Positions 1-14,348 are shown, counted from the first letter of the stretch. The stretch: 64,000 bases of DNA from Octopus sinensis (GCF_006345805.1 NC_043013.1:10788001-10852000); one strand, 5' to 3'. Made by a program: numbers and translations. Notes: a model not told the origin generated them from the sequence alone.

Positions 1-74
1 AAATCAGTTAATATAGTGGTATATATGTTTACCCTCACCAAATATACACATATAACATAAATATGCAGGCACTA

Positions 75-78
<4 letters not shown>

Positions 79-139
<61 letters not shown>

Positions 140-385
140 TGTGTGTCTATGTATATATATATATATGTGTGTGTGTGTGTATGTGTGTGTCTATGTATAT
201 ATATATATATGTATATATCTATGTATGTATATATATGTATGTTTGTATATATATATGTATGTATGTATGTATGTATATATATGTATATATATATGTACAT
301 ATCTATGTAATATATATATATATATACATATATACATATATACACATGTATATATATACATACATATATATATATACATACATAG

Positions 386-454
<69 letters not shown>

Positions 455-462
455 ACACACAC
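79..462. repeat. Compound (TA)n/(TG)n/(TATG)n microsatellite
   Basis: Direct inspection. Source of the YI/CV-repeat ORFs. Confidence 0.95.
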
Positions 463-860
463 AAACACAAAATCATGACTGACAGAGGAATTGTTTGATG
501 ATATTTTATTTAACAATAAGAAAATTCTATTATCACGACAAACATTTTCGTAACTTAAGAGCATGTAGGTAGTTTATATTATTGTATTTAAATAATAAAT
601 GAGTTATTTACATGTCTGCATTAATGTAAAATGCATAAAAATCCTCCAAAATAATAATTTGTAGAATGATACACTAAGGAGCTTTTTCTCATTGAGTTCT
701 AACGGATTACTTGAATCCAAACACTGTTACTTAAATTTATATATATATCCAATACACACACATACACACACACACATGTACATGTCTATATGTATTTACA
801 TTGAAGAAAATTATATTTTTATTATTTTAACACAATATTATTTACTCAATATTATACTGT

Positions 861-1065
861 CTTTCTCTTTTACTTGTTTCAGTCATTTGACTGCGGCCAT
901 GCTGGAGCACCACCTTTAGTCGAGCAAATCGACCCCGGGACTTATTCTTTGTAAGCCCAGTACTTATTCTATCGGTCTCTTTTGCCCAACCGCTAAGTAA
1001 CGGGGACATAAACACACCAGCATCGGTTGTCAAGCTATGCTAGGGGGACAAACACAGACACACAA

Positions 1066-1098
<33 letters not shown>

Positions 1099-1267
1099 CA
1101 TATATACGACAGGCTTCTTTCAGTTTCCGTCTACCAAATCCACTCACAAGGCATTGGTCTGCCCGGGGCTATAGCAGAAGACACTTGCCCAAGATGCCAC
1201 GCAGTGGGACTGAACCCAGAACCATGTGGTTGGTTAGCAAGCTACTTACCACACAGCCACTCCTGCA
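861..1267 (-). mobile_element. SINE family B (tRNA-like head, CORE-like segment, internal (TA)/(TG) microsatellite)
   Basis: Minus strand gcaggagtggctgtgtggtaag..ggttcagtcccactgcgtggcatcttgggcaagtg..tail gactgaaacaagtaaaagag. The family recurs more than 10 times in the window. Confidence 0.9.
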
Positions 1268-4200
1268 CCTATGTTTATTTTTATTTTTATTTCTTTCAGG
1301 CATTTGTTTATTTCCTTTTCATATCCATGGCATTTTCTTTGTGTTTAAGAATGAGAGAGCTGGACAACACTGCCTTCGTTTGCGTTTGTTACCTTAATGA
1401 GTATTCATGAATCTCAATTCATCCACATCTACGTCTCGTATAAACTTCAAGTTTTTATGGTAATATATTGCAAAGCTCTGAGCCTTTGAAACCTATGCTG
1501 TTACAGTTTGGGAGTTTTACTGTAGATAGAGTGGAATTCAGTCTTAGGGTCTGCACAGTCTTCGATCCCTAATTTAGGTGATAGAAGCTCCAGAAACTTC
1601 CCTTTACATACACCTCATTGCATACATTTCACGCTCTTTCTCATCCGTTGCATTGCAGTAATCTATTGGGGGATAACAACCTAGAATTTCCTCAAACTCA
1701 GCTATTAGTTTGACGCCTTAGTATCGACCAGAATCGGGAACAGTAGTACAAGCGAATGGGAAGAAATATTCTCACCAGAAGAACATTCTTCTTGTTCTGA
1801 ATGATTTCCGAATCCAGCCAGTCAGTTACCTACACATCGTTAACTGAAAAATTGTTGCCTGCAGATTATTATAAATTTATTATTATTATTTTTATAGATG
1901 TAGCAATAAGTGGCATCTCTCTTCGAAGGTATTGTAATATTACTTTGATGAACCTTAGTATGACTTTTCAAATTTGCCTTCTGATGCACATTTCTTTTTA
2001 CATTCCCTGTAAATAGAGAGGCATTATAATATATAATCAATCAAGTACCTGTGTGAGCGCAGCTTCTCTTATGACTATCAAGTCTTGACTTACTTTTACA
2101 GACATTCCCACACTCGTTACATATATACATATTTTATTTATATATACAGAAGCATCTGGAAACATATACACAAAACTGGACAGTTAAACAAAATACTTGA
2201 TATCAATGACTTTAATGCAGGGAGAATTTACCCCGTGAACTACTGCATTCAGAGTGGTTTTCTATTAAGACGGTAAAACGTTGTTTTGAGTCAACGAAAG
2301 ACGATATATATGGTTGATCTCCTCTTAAAAAAAAACAGCAAACATTCATCCCACAAATCAGTCAGCTTGAACAGGATCAGAATTCTGGACTCCCGGAGAC
2401 ACTACTTCTGAATCTCAGATGTGTTGACCTCATATTAACAAACAATAAAATCTAAATTATCCTGGAGCTTGTTTCACCGGTTCTAATTTATGAAACACAA
2501 ACTTAGTATTAAGTTTGTGTCGTGAACGTCGTGAATACAATTCATCTAGTATCCACAAAGATTATTATCCATAAACTATTATCCATAAAGATTAAGAATA
2601 TACTAAGCTCAGAAAGAATAAGGCCTGGGTTTGAATTGCTCGACGAAAGGCGATGCTACAGCATGACCGCAGTCGAATGACTGAAACAAGTAAAAGAATA
2701 AAAGAGAGAATATATCTGTGTTAAATTGTTTTAATGTAAGCTAACAAAAATTACCGTTCAATCCAAGATTTAAAATAAACTTTTTGAAACGGCATCTTTT
2801 TGCATGCAACTAGTTTTAAAATTTATGTTCAGTTGTAAAATCGTTTAGCTTTTGTGCTAAACTCGGTCGAGTATCTGCAGTTAACTATGATATTTTAGAG
2901 AATAATCAAGATCAGTGAATAAAAACGGGGGAACCTGCAGGCTTTCCTTATATCGGACACTTGGTCCGAATGATTACAACAGAACGGACTCCACTGAAAG
3001 TACCTCTGAATTACGTGGTTATATTAAATGGAATAATAGTGGTTTCTTCTTAGACAGCAACAAGAAACATAAAGACGTGCACTTTCTGCAATATAGATAA
3101 AATTTAAATGAACACAATGAATAACATAAAAGAGGAGATTGACCTTACCATCCGTTTATTTATAGATTCTTTTATAAACTGGACAAAGTTATAAACATAA
3201 AGCATTAAATGTTGGTTATACTGTTTTCACCACCGTTTTTTTACTCATTGTCTGTAATGTAACGCTACTTAAAATGTATTGGGCCCGAGTTAACAGTAAA
3301 CAAGCGTATAGAAGGGAAATTAAAGATATAAGATTTATGTACTTTGCAAGCAACATAAACCATTTTAAACGAGCCTCATCGCAGGTGTAGTTCAGGAAAT
3401 CATCACATATATACGAAAAAAAAAAAAAAATCGAAGCAAAACAATCTAGTGTTATACATAAAAAAACTGAAAATTATAAGGTACAATGAAAACGTGATCA
3501 CAATATATATATGTAAGTATGTATGTAGTTTTTAGTTTTTTATCGTGCGTGTATATATATATATATATATATATAAAACTAAAAGACCAAATAAGACAGT
3601 GTTAGGATCCTCTGCCTTTTCTTTTATATCTATAGAAATATGTTGCATGTAAGTTACCTCATGAAACCTAGCAAGGCGGGTTAAGATGACATCGGTTTAA
3701 ATAGACACAATACATATGTCACACCATTTTAGCGGATGTTGAAAGGAATCCACAGGTTTTTATTCAAATCACGAGACCTACGTTGGTGGTCAAAGTAGAA
3801 CATTTACGCCCCCCACCGGCCGTGAAAAAAGACGTAAAAAAAAAAACGAAAAAGCAAACCGTAGAGAATTTTAAACTTTTGTGTTTGTCTTGTTTTCCTG
3901 TTTAAAAATACTTCACGTAATTCTTGCCACCCACATTGTCCCAGGCCTACTGAGTAGAGAAAACGAAATTCAAATGATAACATGATACCCGTTTAGATCA
4001 TCACATTTTGATTAATGAAGGTTTCTCTTTGTTTATTTAGGTATTTATTTCATGCATTTATCTATGTATTTGTTATTAGCGATGGAAGCAGTATTATTTC
4101 AAAATAACATTCTGTGTATACGACAGACGCCAGTGATTCGTTAATCACTCATTTTCTATGTTAATAGAGGGTAAATTTGTCTATACATGCGCTGGTTAGT

Positions 4201-4405
4201 GAATATTTGCTACTGATGATCCGCAATGAAACAGAAATCCGTATTTAATAATGACCCCCACCGCGTCTGGATGATTTTCGTCTTCTGCTGTGATTCTTGT
4301 GCTCTTTAGCATTTTACGTCTATACGAAATGCATCTACAAGACGAATATAACAGTTTTATAGCTTTTTATAGTCTATCCTCGTTATGTAGGATATCTTTA
4401 ATTTT

Positions 4406-4720
4406 TCACTCTTTTCATTCACTAGATTTCGGCCATGCTGGGGCACTTTTTTCTTAAAGTCTGATACTTATTCTATCGCTTTCCTAAGGACATAAATACA
4501 ACAACACCGGTTGTCAACCAGTGGTGAGAGACCAACACAAAAAAAACACATGCTCACGCGCGCACACACACATATTTATGGCAGGCTTTTCACTTTCCGT
4601 CGAACAAATTTGGTCAGCCCTCGGCTATAGTAGAAGACACTTGCCCGAGTGTCACGCAATGGGACTGATCCCGAAGCCCTGTTGGTGGGAAACAAACTTC
4701 TCAGCACAGAGTCACGCCTT
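4406..4720 (-). mobile_element. Decayed SINE family B
   Basis: Similarity to 861-1267 with deletions. Confidence 0.75.
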
Positions 4721-4827
4721 CACCTTTTACATATTTATTTATTTATTTATTTATTTATTTGCTAGTTCATGTTAAAAGCTGCCGCGGTAAAATTCTTATA
4801 CGTAGAAACATACGTAGGTATATTAAT

Positions 4828-4873
4828 AAAACTGTCTGAAGAACGGGAACGTGAAACTCCGAGCAACAGTTTT
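4828..4873 (+). ncRNA. Minimal type I hammerhead ribozyme candidate (family alpha, canonical core)
   Basis: AAAACTGT-CTGAAGA-ACG GGAA CGT-GAA-ACTC C GAGC-A-ACAGTTTT: 8-bp stem I and a GNRA loop II. U16.1 is mutated to C. Confidence 0.7.
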
Positions 4874-4907
4874 TGTGATATTTTTATTGCCTTTTAATAA
4901 ATTGTGC

Positions 4908-4939
<32 letters not shown>

Positions 4940-4973
4940 GCGTGTGTGGAGTATTTGTAGGTGTGTAGATAAG

Positions 4974-5031
<58 letters not shown>

Positions 5032-5032
5032 T

Positions 5033-5065
<33 letters not shown>

Positions 5066-5869
5066 AAGAAAGCCAGCGAGCCAGATAGGCAGACAGATAG
5101 ATAATGAATAGATAGCCTGAGAGAGAGAGAGAGAGAAAGGGAGAGAGAGAATTTGATATAGCGTGATAGCGGTGATGGAAATAGTAAGAGTACACTGGCA
5201 GTGGAGCAATAATTTCAGTGGCGTTGCCTGCCGCTATCAGATGTGTTTATGGTGATCATAGCGGTGATGGTTAAGCAAGAGCTGGCGCGCTGATGGTTAC
5301 AAATGGGAATGATGAGAAAATGTGATTCTTGCTTTCTTTGTTGATGTTCTTGTTCAGTCTTGAAATTTTAATGTGTTTATATGAATCCAAAAGAAGCACG
5401 CAGCAAAATAAATGGGAATTAAGAATAAAATAAGAAATTAAAAAATAAATAACTTTAGCGGCAAAAGAAAAAAATATATACTGAAGAAGAACGAGCAGAG
5501 TTAAAGTAAATTAAATACCTTATTTAATTAGAATTTTATGAAGAATTCACAGCAGGTAGTCAGAGTTATTCTTCGAGTAAAGTGCCTAGGAGGTGGTTGT
5601 TCAGTTATTTGGTCTTGTCTGCAATGTTTGGCATGCGTGTGTTCTCTTCAATGAATTAATATTTATTTACTATTATTGCACTCGTGCCACCGTATACTGC
5701 GCCTCTGGATAGCAGTTTTGCCACATTCCTTATTGCAACGTCATTAAAGATTGTAACCGCAGACTGCAGAAAAATAAAATGTAAAAAGGTTAAAATATTT
5801 ATTATGGTTAAAATATTTGTTTTGTAAATTTGACACGAGTCCAGCAACTTTGAGAGGAGGGAACCACCT

Positions 5870-6420
5870 TATAAAACCGACACCATTATTTCACTGGTAC
5901 TTTATTTTATCGACTTTGAAACGATGAGAAGCAACATCTACTTCGATGATATTTGAACTCAGACCGTAAAGTCGGGCAAAATGCTTAGCGGCATTTTGTC
6001 CGGCGTAGAAATAACACTACCAGCTCACTGCCTTCATCTTAACGTTATCAATAATAATAGTCTCAAAAGTTGGCACAAGGCCAACAATTTCTTGCAAGGA
6101 GTAAGTTGCTTACATCAACTCCCCTTACAGAAATTATGCTTAATTTATCGACCTCGACGTAAGTCGACCCAGAACGTAAGGACAGACGAAATGCCGGTAA
6201 GCATTTTACTCGGCATGCCAGCTCGCCGCCTAACGATAACAATATTAATCTATTCTATTTAAAGACAAATATTGCGGGGAGGGTACTAGCTGATTACAAC
6301 GATCCCAGTGTTTCGAGCCCGCAAAGATGACCTTGGCGGAATTTCAACTCAGAATGTAAAGACGGATGAAATGCCACTTAGCATTTTTACCGGCATGCTA
6401 ATGATTCTGACAGGTCGGTG
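5870..6420 (-). mobile_element. Three clustered decayed family C SINE copies
   Basis: Repeated ggtact..atttatcgac..aactcagaa..gacgaaatgcc..agcatttt segments. Confidence 0.7.
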
Positions 6421-7226
6421 CCTAACGATAACAATGATAACAATAACGATTCACACACGCATGCACACGCACACGTATGTATGTATGTATGTATGTATGT
6501 ATGTATGTATGTATGTATGTATGTATGTATGTATGTATGTAGGTGTGTATGTATGTATACGTATACACACACATACATGCACACTCATGGACGTACACAT
6601 ACACACAGACATACACACACACAAATATGGAAAACTTCTCTCTCATCTGGGAGGAGGTTACTGCTACACACACACTGACATTCTGGGTCGCATCGGTTAC
6701 TTGGCATTTCATCCTCAACAGACTGACTCCAGCACCTGGACAACTGGTGATCTGTCTCTTCTCTCTGTCTTTTCTTTCCCTGCTATGATAGCCTCTGCTC
6801 CTCTGAACTGTATCCCCTCTTACCAGCCTGGCACTCCGGCCGACTCTTCACTCCACCATTCGTTACTCTAAACTTCGTATTTAATAGTTGGTATTACGAA
6901 TTCCAGTATGATAAAATTCCAAGACAGTTTCTGATAAGAATGGAAGTCAGAGCTAAAGGAATATGATTTTATGATGGAAATCTTTTCACCCAAGGCTCTA
7001 CGGTTTCTGACCAGATTCTCTTCAATTACTGTACATGCTTTACGATCAATTCCATCGGTTGCACCTAATACGTTTTAATTGAGATGGAACCTTTGCAACA
7101 TGTAAAGAAATACATTTTAATAAGAGGAATCAACGACGAAACATACATGATCGTTCAACCTGCTAGAAATAATAGCTAGATACTCCATCATCATTTAAAT
7201 CGTGAAATTTGATATGTTTCTTGGTA

Positions 7227-7510
7227 TCTATTATATAAAATCCGTTCTGTCTATCTGTGTGTGTCTGCTAGGATCTCGGGCATCCTCCATCTGATTGCGC
7301 TCAAATTTGATATGTTGATACCGACGGTATCAGGGCGTGTATAAGTCTTGTAAAAATTACAAAAATCGATTCCAGGTGAGAATGCGATCAATAAAGCCGT
7401 TTTTGTCCTGCTTTTCTTCTGTCAACGTGTACATAACTGCACCTTCCATTTTTTGTTGTTTTTGTACTGCTTAAAGGTACGTTTCTTTCCTGTCAGGCTT
7501 ACTGTTTAAA
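7227..7510 (+). mobile_element. Possible Helitron 5' portion
   Basis: A|TCTATTATATAAAA start followed by tctgtctatctgtgtgtgtctg. No CTAG 3' end was located. Confidence 0.35.
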
Positions 7511-8061
7511 CCATGTTTGTGTTCTCCCAGTCAACAGCCTTATCATTACTGGTACTTTAAACTCTTCGGTTGCATATTTGTGTGAATAAAATCGTTTTTC
7601 TTTGAAATAGAAAAAAAAAGTCTATCTTTATTTCTTCTTTTGCTGGTGTCTCAAATTTAGGTTAAATCAGTGTTTCTCAAAAGGGAGACCTATGGGGCGG
7701 TCGGACAAGTTGTTTTGAGAAAATTTGGTTTAAATTTTTGACAACTCAGTACCGTCCATTGGACGGGGGGGGGGCGTTTTGCTCGTTAATCATATAGAGG
7801 AAGTAAGCAAAACTGACAGGCCTGCGATTAAATAACTGCAGTAATAATTATAACAAAAATTATTTAAGATAGATGCAAATAAATGGAAGGAAAATAGAGG
7901 CGCTCAAGATTCAGTTTGATGATTCGGTTCTTTGGGTTCTAAGTTCAATTCAGTCGATCCCCATTCAACATTTAACATATTAGTGCAAACATCAAGTAAG
8001 TACAAGACGTGTCCAGTTGTTACAGCAACAGCAACTGTAACAACAGTATCATAATCCTCCA

Positions 8062-8246
8062 CCCCTCCTCCTCCTCCTCCTCCTCCTCCTCCTCCACATC
8101 ATCATCATTATCATCGCTATCACCAGTAGTAGTAGCGGTAATAGAGAGTAGTAGTGGTGGTAGTAGTAGATGTAAGGATGCATTTGCAGTAGCAGCAGCA
8201 TCGACAGTTGTAGTTGTAGTAGTAGCAGCAGTAATATTAGTAATAG

Positions 8247-8289
<43 letters not shown>

Positions 8290-8310
8290 CAGCAGCAGCA
8301 GTAGTAGCAA
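8062..8310. repeat. Compound trinucleotide repeats (CCT, CAT, TAG, CAG)
   Basis: Direct inspection. Confidence 0.9.
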
Positions 8311-8619
8311 CAACGAGAACAGCATTAACAAAAGTGGTAATTGTTATAGTATTCGTGATCCAAATGTGCCAATAAATGTTCACATTTCGAATTTTTAAAT
8401 GTTAGTCTTTTTTGTTTCCTCATCTATTTTCATTAATAAAACAATACATAGAATGCAATGAAAAATGACTTTACGTAATGAATATAATATAATTATAATG
8501 AAAATATTTTATATTAATGGCATTAATAAAGATTCTGTAATTAGTTGAGACCACCGGTAGGAAGCTCGGGTCAAAAACAGAGCCTCTGTATGATGTTCTG
8601 ATCTACTAGAAATGGCAGC

Positions 8620-8938
8620 GAAATTTCTTTACAATCACAGCGTAAAGATCTCCTTCAGTCATGAATGACCATAGGGCCGCATCTAGAAAGTTACCAACCA
8701 AGGCACATATCGAGCAACGTCCTCTCTGCATGCAACCGATGTTATCCATAGGAAGGACAAAAGCCGATACAGCTTGGCATCTGTGACGTCGCAACTTATT
8801 TCTACAGGTGAGTGAACTGGATCAACGTGAAATAAAGTATCTTACTCAATAACGCAACAATGCCCGGTCCGGGAATCGAACTCGCTATCTCATGATTGTG
8901 AACTCGATGCCCTAACCACTGAGCTATACGCCTTCACT
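8620..8938 (-). mobile_element. Decayed tRNA-derived SINE (third tail type)
   Basis: Minus strand gtgaaggcgtatagctcagtggttagggc..gagttcgattcccggaccggg. Confidence 0.7.
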
Positions 8939-9711
8939 AAATCGGACATACTACACTGGTTAATGTGTTTCCAAGTTCCAGATATACAGGAGATATGTGG
9001 AAATGGTCACAGCTGGAATATCATTGCTTGTAAGTGTGCTCGATCCAAGATAAATGATGGTCTAGGATGAAAGAAGAGCAACGATTTGAGCATAATAAAT
9101 TCATAGGGATAACAAGTAAAATGCATTGATGGTATATCTAATCTATAATGCCTGATATAGAGCTAAATGGTCATCAACAAAAAATACGTGACTCATTGGC
9201 CCCCACATGATTTTAAACCATTAATATTTGAACTGGCGATGCTAGGCCGAAATATTCTCCTTATTTTGTGTTGAATCTGACCAGATCTAACCTCTCAAAC
9301 CTACACAATATTGTCATTCTAGAAATAAGCAATTATATCTTTGAAAACTTGAAGCTACAAGGTAAAGCATGATTAATTTAAGACCTTGTAAACAATTTAT
9401 CATTATATTTGACGCAATAGTTTGAATGTTAAATGTTTAAATATACCAGAATATGACGTGTTCATAGCTTTAATACATTTGATCATACACACACGCACAT
9501 ACATAAACTCACACGCATAATTTGATGAGGGAAACTCAATCCACGAGACAAGCTTTCAAATTTCTGCCGAATAATGTAAGTAATATTATAGGTAGTATAT
9601 TCTGATAGGAAATTTTCCAGTTTGGCTATAACACTCTGACTTAGACTAACAAAGTATTCCCCAGCTCATGTACTGGGTTCCGTTTTTCCTACCGAGCTGA
9701 AATATTTTTGT

Positions 9712-9830
9712 GCTGGCATGGCCATGTGGTAAAGAGGCTTGCTTTGCAACCACTAGATTTCGGATACAGTCTCACTGCATAGCATTTTGGGCAAGTGTTT
9801 TCTACCACAACGCATACCGAACAATACCAT
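9712..9830 (+). mobile_element. SINE family B head fragment
   Basis: tggccatgtggtaaagaggcttgc..ttttgggcaagtgttttctac. Confidence 0.6.
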
Positions 9831-9893
9831 TTCAAAGAATTTCATCGTGAAAGTGCGCCGTGTTTGCATATAGACGTATATAAATATACTTAC

Positions 9894-9938
<45 letters not shown>

Positions 9939-9992
9939 CTAACCATTTTGCCCTGCATTCTATAAATACTGTTTGTTTGCTGCCTTAAAGTC

Positions 9993-10031
<39 letters not shown>

Positions 10032-10059
10032 TAATAATAATAATAATATTCTTTCTAAT

Positions 10060-10250
10060 TTTGCCTCAAAGCCAGAAATTTTGAAGGTAGGAGGGCGATT
10101 TGATTACATCGACATCGGTACTTAACAGCTACTTTATTTATCCACCCTGAAAGGGTGAAAGCAAAGTTTACTGTGGTGGCACTGGTTCCCCTAACATAAA
10201 GCACGGAACTCTGAGAACTTTTGTCTGAGGCGCTAGCAAATCTGCCTGCT
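10060..10250 (-). mobile_element. Decayed family C SINE
   Basis: gattacatcgac..ggtactt..ccctgaaagggtgaaagcaaag..ggaactctgagaac. Confidence 0.6.
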
Positions 10251-10399
10251 CAATTGATATTAATGTATTGAAGTTGAATGGAAGAAGAGAGTAAAATTCC
10301 ATCATCACCTTTTTTAATATAATTTTTTTAAAAATTAATATATTTTTATTGCAATTTTTGCTCTTGGAATGTTCCTATTATGGTAGTTATTTTACATGA

Positions 10400-10611
10400 C
10401 AACGACGATGAAGATACTGCTGCTGATGGTGGTGGTGGTGGTGATGATGAGGACGATGACTAGGAAGAAGACGTCACGACGATGAAAACAAGGATTATGA
10501 TTATAAGTGGGGGCTGTGAAAGACGATGACAACGATGATGAAGCTGGTCATGATGATGGAGAACACGATAACACTAATGATGATGATACTGATGATGACG
10601 ATGATGATGAC

Positions 10612-10651
<40 letters not shown>

Positions 10652-10770
10652 GATGGTGATGATGATAATGATGATGATGACGATGATGACGACGATGATG
10701 ATGATGGCAACGACGACGACGACAACACTGATAATGATGACGACGATGAAGATGAAATCAATAATTATCA
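10400..10770. repeat. (GAT/GAC)n trinucleotide field
   Basis: Direct inspection. The poly-D/M/H ORFs are artefacts. Confidence 0.9.
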
Positions 10771-11074
10771 TTACGATAATGACGAATTTGCTTTGGTTCT
10801 CTTTATTAGAAATATTCCAAAATTCTATATTAAGTTTTGATTAAAATTTCTCCCGTTGCTAAAACACAGCAGTAGAAATTCCAGAGAATATAAAGACAAA
10901 TATGGTTCTTCATAATATGAAACGAATCCAAGGCATTCATCAAATTCGTGGAAGATACTGGAAGAAAGATGCTGCAATCGATAGAAACATGCGTCGTACA
11001 TTTTTCCATACGCATCGCGTATATATATATATGTATTTATGTAGGTATGCATGTAGATATGTATGTATATGCAT

Positions 11075-11187
<113 letters not shown>

Positions 11188-11226
11188 CATGCGCGTGTGT
11201 GGATGAGTGTGTATATGAATATCATA

Positions 11227-11287
11227 TCATATCTATCTATCTATCTATCTATCTCTCTATCTATCTATCTATCTATCTCTCTATCTC

Positions 11288-11357
<70 letters not shown>

Positions 11358-11358
11358 C

Positions 11359-11414
<56 letters not shown>

Positions 11415-11423
11415 CTCTATCTC

Positions 11424-11454
<31 letters not shown>

Positions 11455-11455
11455 C

Positions 11456-11515
<60 letters not shown>

Positions 11516-11531
11516 CCTCTCTATCTCTCTC

Positions 11532-11566
<35 letters not shown>

Positions 11567-11567
11567 C

Positions 11568-11606
<39 letters not shown>

Positions 11607-11619
11607 CTCTATCTCTCTC

Positions 11620-11692
<73 letters not shown>

Positions 11693-11699
11693 AATCTAC
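11227..11699. repeat. (TATC)n array 5' of the Tx1-like LINE
   Basis: Direct inspection. Confidence 0.95.
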
Positions 11700-11705
11700 C
11701 TACAT

Positions 11706-14253
11706 TGCCTACCACGACTCTCGACAAGAAAGGCAGGGTGCTGCGAAGGTGCCATCACGGCGGCGGAAGTGCGGGTAGCGATGGCAGAATGCTCGAGGGA
11801 CAAATCACCGGGTTTGGATGGTCTACCCTACGAGCTTTACAATTGTATGCCAGACTTGTTTGGAGATCTCTTGGCGGCGGTGTACTGCAACTGGCAGCAA
11901 AACGGGAGCATTCCTGGTTTTGTGAGCCGAGGAGCCGTAACACTGCTGAAGAAAGATCTAAACAAGGGAAATGTAATAGATAACTTTAGGCCCATCACTC
12001 TGCTTAATGCAGACTTGAAAATTTTGGCCAAGGTGCTAGCCAAGAGGTTGGCGCTTGTCATCGAGAAACTGGTCGACAAGGCGCAAACATGCGCCGTGCC
12101 AGGCCGGACCATCCATGACAACCTCCATCTGATGCGCTACATCATAGACAGGGTAGTTAACGAACCTGGCATGGGTGGGGCCCTGATCAACTTGGATCAA
12201 TCGAAAGCCTTTGATAGGGTAGACCATCGATACTTGGAGGCAGTCCTGAGAGCGGCTGGTTTCGGTCCCGTCTTCCGCGGCTGGATAGCTGCCTTGTACA
12301 GAGGCATCCGTTCGGTAATTCGCGTAAATGGACATCTATCGAGACCTTTCGACATTGCACGTTCGGTCCGTCAGAGATGCTCCCTCTCGGCGCTTCTATA
12401 CGTATTGACTCTTGAGCCACTACTGCGGAAGTTGGCGACTCTAAGGGGCATCCCGCGAGAATTGGGATGCGGGACGAGCGTGTCTGCATACGCGGACGAC
12501 GTCACCGTCATAGTGTCTAGCCACGAGCACATCGAGCTGGTCGGCGAGACACTGAAAAACTACGAGGCGGTGACAGGAGCGAAAATCAACCGGGAAAAGT
12601 CAGTGGGCTTGCGACTAGGCACCTGGAGAAGCAAGCCCATGCCGTCCACCAGCGCCTCCGTCGTGGGACGCTGGACAGACGGCCCGGTTGAGTTGCTCGG
12701 GGTCTGGTTCGGTCCGGACCTCCAAGTGGAGAAGAACTGGAACGAGATAACGAGTAGGGTGGTCACTCTCGCCCGGCAATGGGCCGAGAGGAAACTGTCC
12801 CTAAAAGGTCGAGCGAGGTGGCGAACACGTACATCGCGTCCGTCATCTACTACCGCCTGACCGTCGTACCTTGTCCCGACCCTACCATCACCAAACTACA
12901 ACGCATCCTCTTTCGCTTCTTGTGGAAAGGATGCGTCCCGATGGTCAGGCGATCCATTTGCTGTCAACACCCGTTAAAAGGAGGGCTGGGCATGCCGTGG
13001 TTGATGATGCGCAGACACGCGCTGAGACTGCGACATCTCTGGCTCTATGTAGACGACGGTGAACAGGTGTGGTCGCCGTTTGTGAGGCACGCTTTCCCGC
13101 AGCTCGTCTCCATGAACGAACTGCAGTCGTGGATCAAAAAGAGGCCGAGAAGGGCGAATGGCACCGCGAGTGTCGCGTTGCTCTCAAGCAACTCTGCCGT
13201 CCTGGGTCGACCTTAAGTGACTTCAACACAACCAAAGCATTCTATAGGGGTTTAGTGGAGGGGAGGTACGACGACGAGCTCGGGGCGAACCTGGACGTCG
13301 ACGAGGAGTACCTGACCCGCCTGTTCGGACGACTTTCGGGCCAGGGCCCATGGACAACTTCCAGAGATCCCTGGCCTGGCAGTGCTACCGAGAAGCGCTA
13401 CCCGTTCGGGATAAGCTCTACAGACACGGCTCGAGAAACACGAGGCCGACCTGCCCGAGATGCGGTCAGAGCGACGAAACCGTTCTGCACGCACTCGTTC
13501 AGTGTCCAACAATTTCCGACCTGTGGGCTTATGTCGAACAACTGCTGTCACGTGTGGGACGAGTCGGTTTATCAGCTGAGTCTATCGTCAATATTGTCAC
13601 GCCTCCTTCCTTCAAACGGGAAGGAAGAGCTATTTTCATCATCCTTGTGGCTATGGCGAAAGAATGTATCTGGTGGACGCGTCTGAAAGGATTGGAGACA
13701 AACACTTTCCTCTCTGGTCAATCTCTCATCAACTTCTTCAGTACCACTTGAAAAGGAAAGTGAGAGTAGAGAGGCAAGTTTTGTCTAGCGAATGTTTTAA
13801 AAAAAGATGGGTGAATGTAGCAAGAATGGCACGTATGAATGACGAAGCCACCTTGAGCATAGTCCTATGAACCCAGAAATCGAAAACAGAGAGTTGCTTA
13901 TTTGCAAAAAAAAAAAAAAAAAAAGAATATAAAATGTGACTTCATTGACCGAGGTTACCGTGGTCTTTTCCGTAGGCTTTTCTTTCACGGGTAAACCTCA
14001 CCTGTCCTCCCCTTTACACTTCATATTGACATTTCTGTGATAACGATCCCTATTGATCAATTTTTTTTTCCTCTCCCCCTTTTTTTTTTCTTTTTTAACC
14101 CCCCCTTTTTTTGTCCTCTTCTCTCCTTTTACGATCCCTTTTGATCGAAACTCCCCCTTCCTTTTTTTTTTTTTTTTTTTAAACCTTCAAAAGAAAAGCT
14201 CTACCTGTAATTTGTTCTATCTGTGTGCAGCCCTGTGTGGCTAATAAAGAAAC
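11706..14253 (+). mobile_element. 5'-truncated Tx1/L1-clade non-LTR retrotransposon (RT + C-terminal zinc knuckle + 3' UTR)
   Basis: KSPGLDGLPYELY, NFRPITLLNADLKILAKVLA, LDQSKAFDRVDH, SVRQRCSLS, YADDVTV, LLGVWF, CPRCGQSDETVLHALVQC. ORF ends at 13870. Four frame switches (~12813, ~13148, ~13330, ~13740) and no internal stops in the stitched frame. AATAAA at 14243-14248, then (TATC)n. Confidence 0.92.
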
Positions 14254-14348
14254 ATATCTATCTATCTATCTATATCTATCTATCTATATCTATCTATCTC
14301 TCTCTCTCTCTATCTATATATCTATCTATCTATCTATCTATCTATCTC

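Noticed and set aside
63-564. ORFs rich in YI/CV/HT/LSIY repeats here and throughout the window
   Set aside because: Translations of microsatellites that lack stop codons; not genes.
4213-4245. CTGATGA..GAAACAGAAATCCGTA
   Set aside because: Stems I and II do not pair; at best a heavily decayed motif.
6640-7100. Possible CR1/L2 LINE relic
   Set aside because: No diagnostic motif could be read confidently.
7668-7722. CAGTGTTTCTCAA hAT-like terminus (similar at 53464)
   Set aside because: No convincing partner TIR or 8-bp TSD.
10501-10844. Poly-D/M/H and poly-S/L ORFs (also 8009-8398)
   Set aside because: Trinucleotide repeat artefacts with no splice or domain support.
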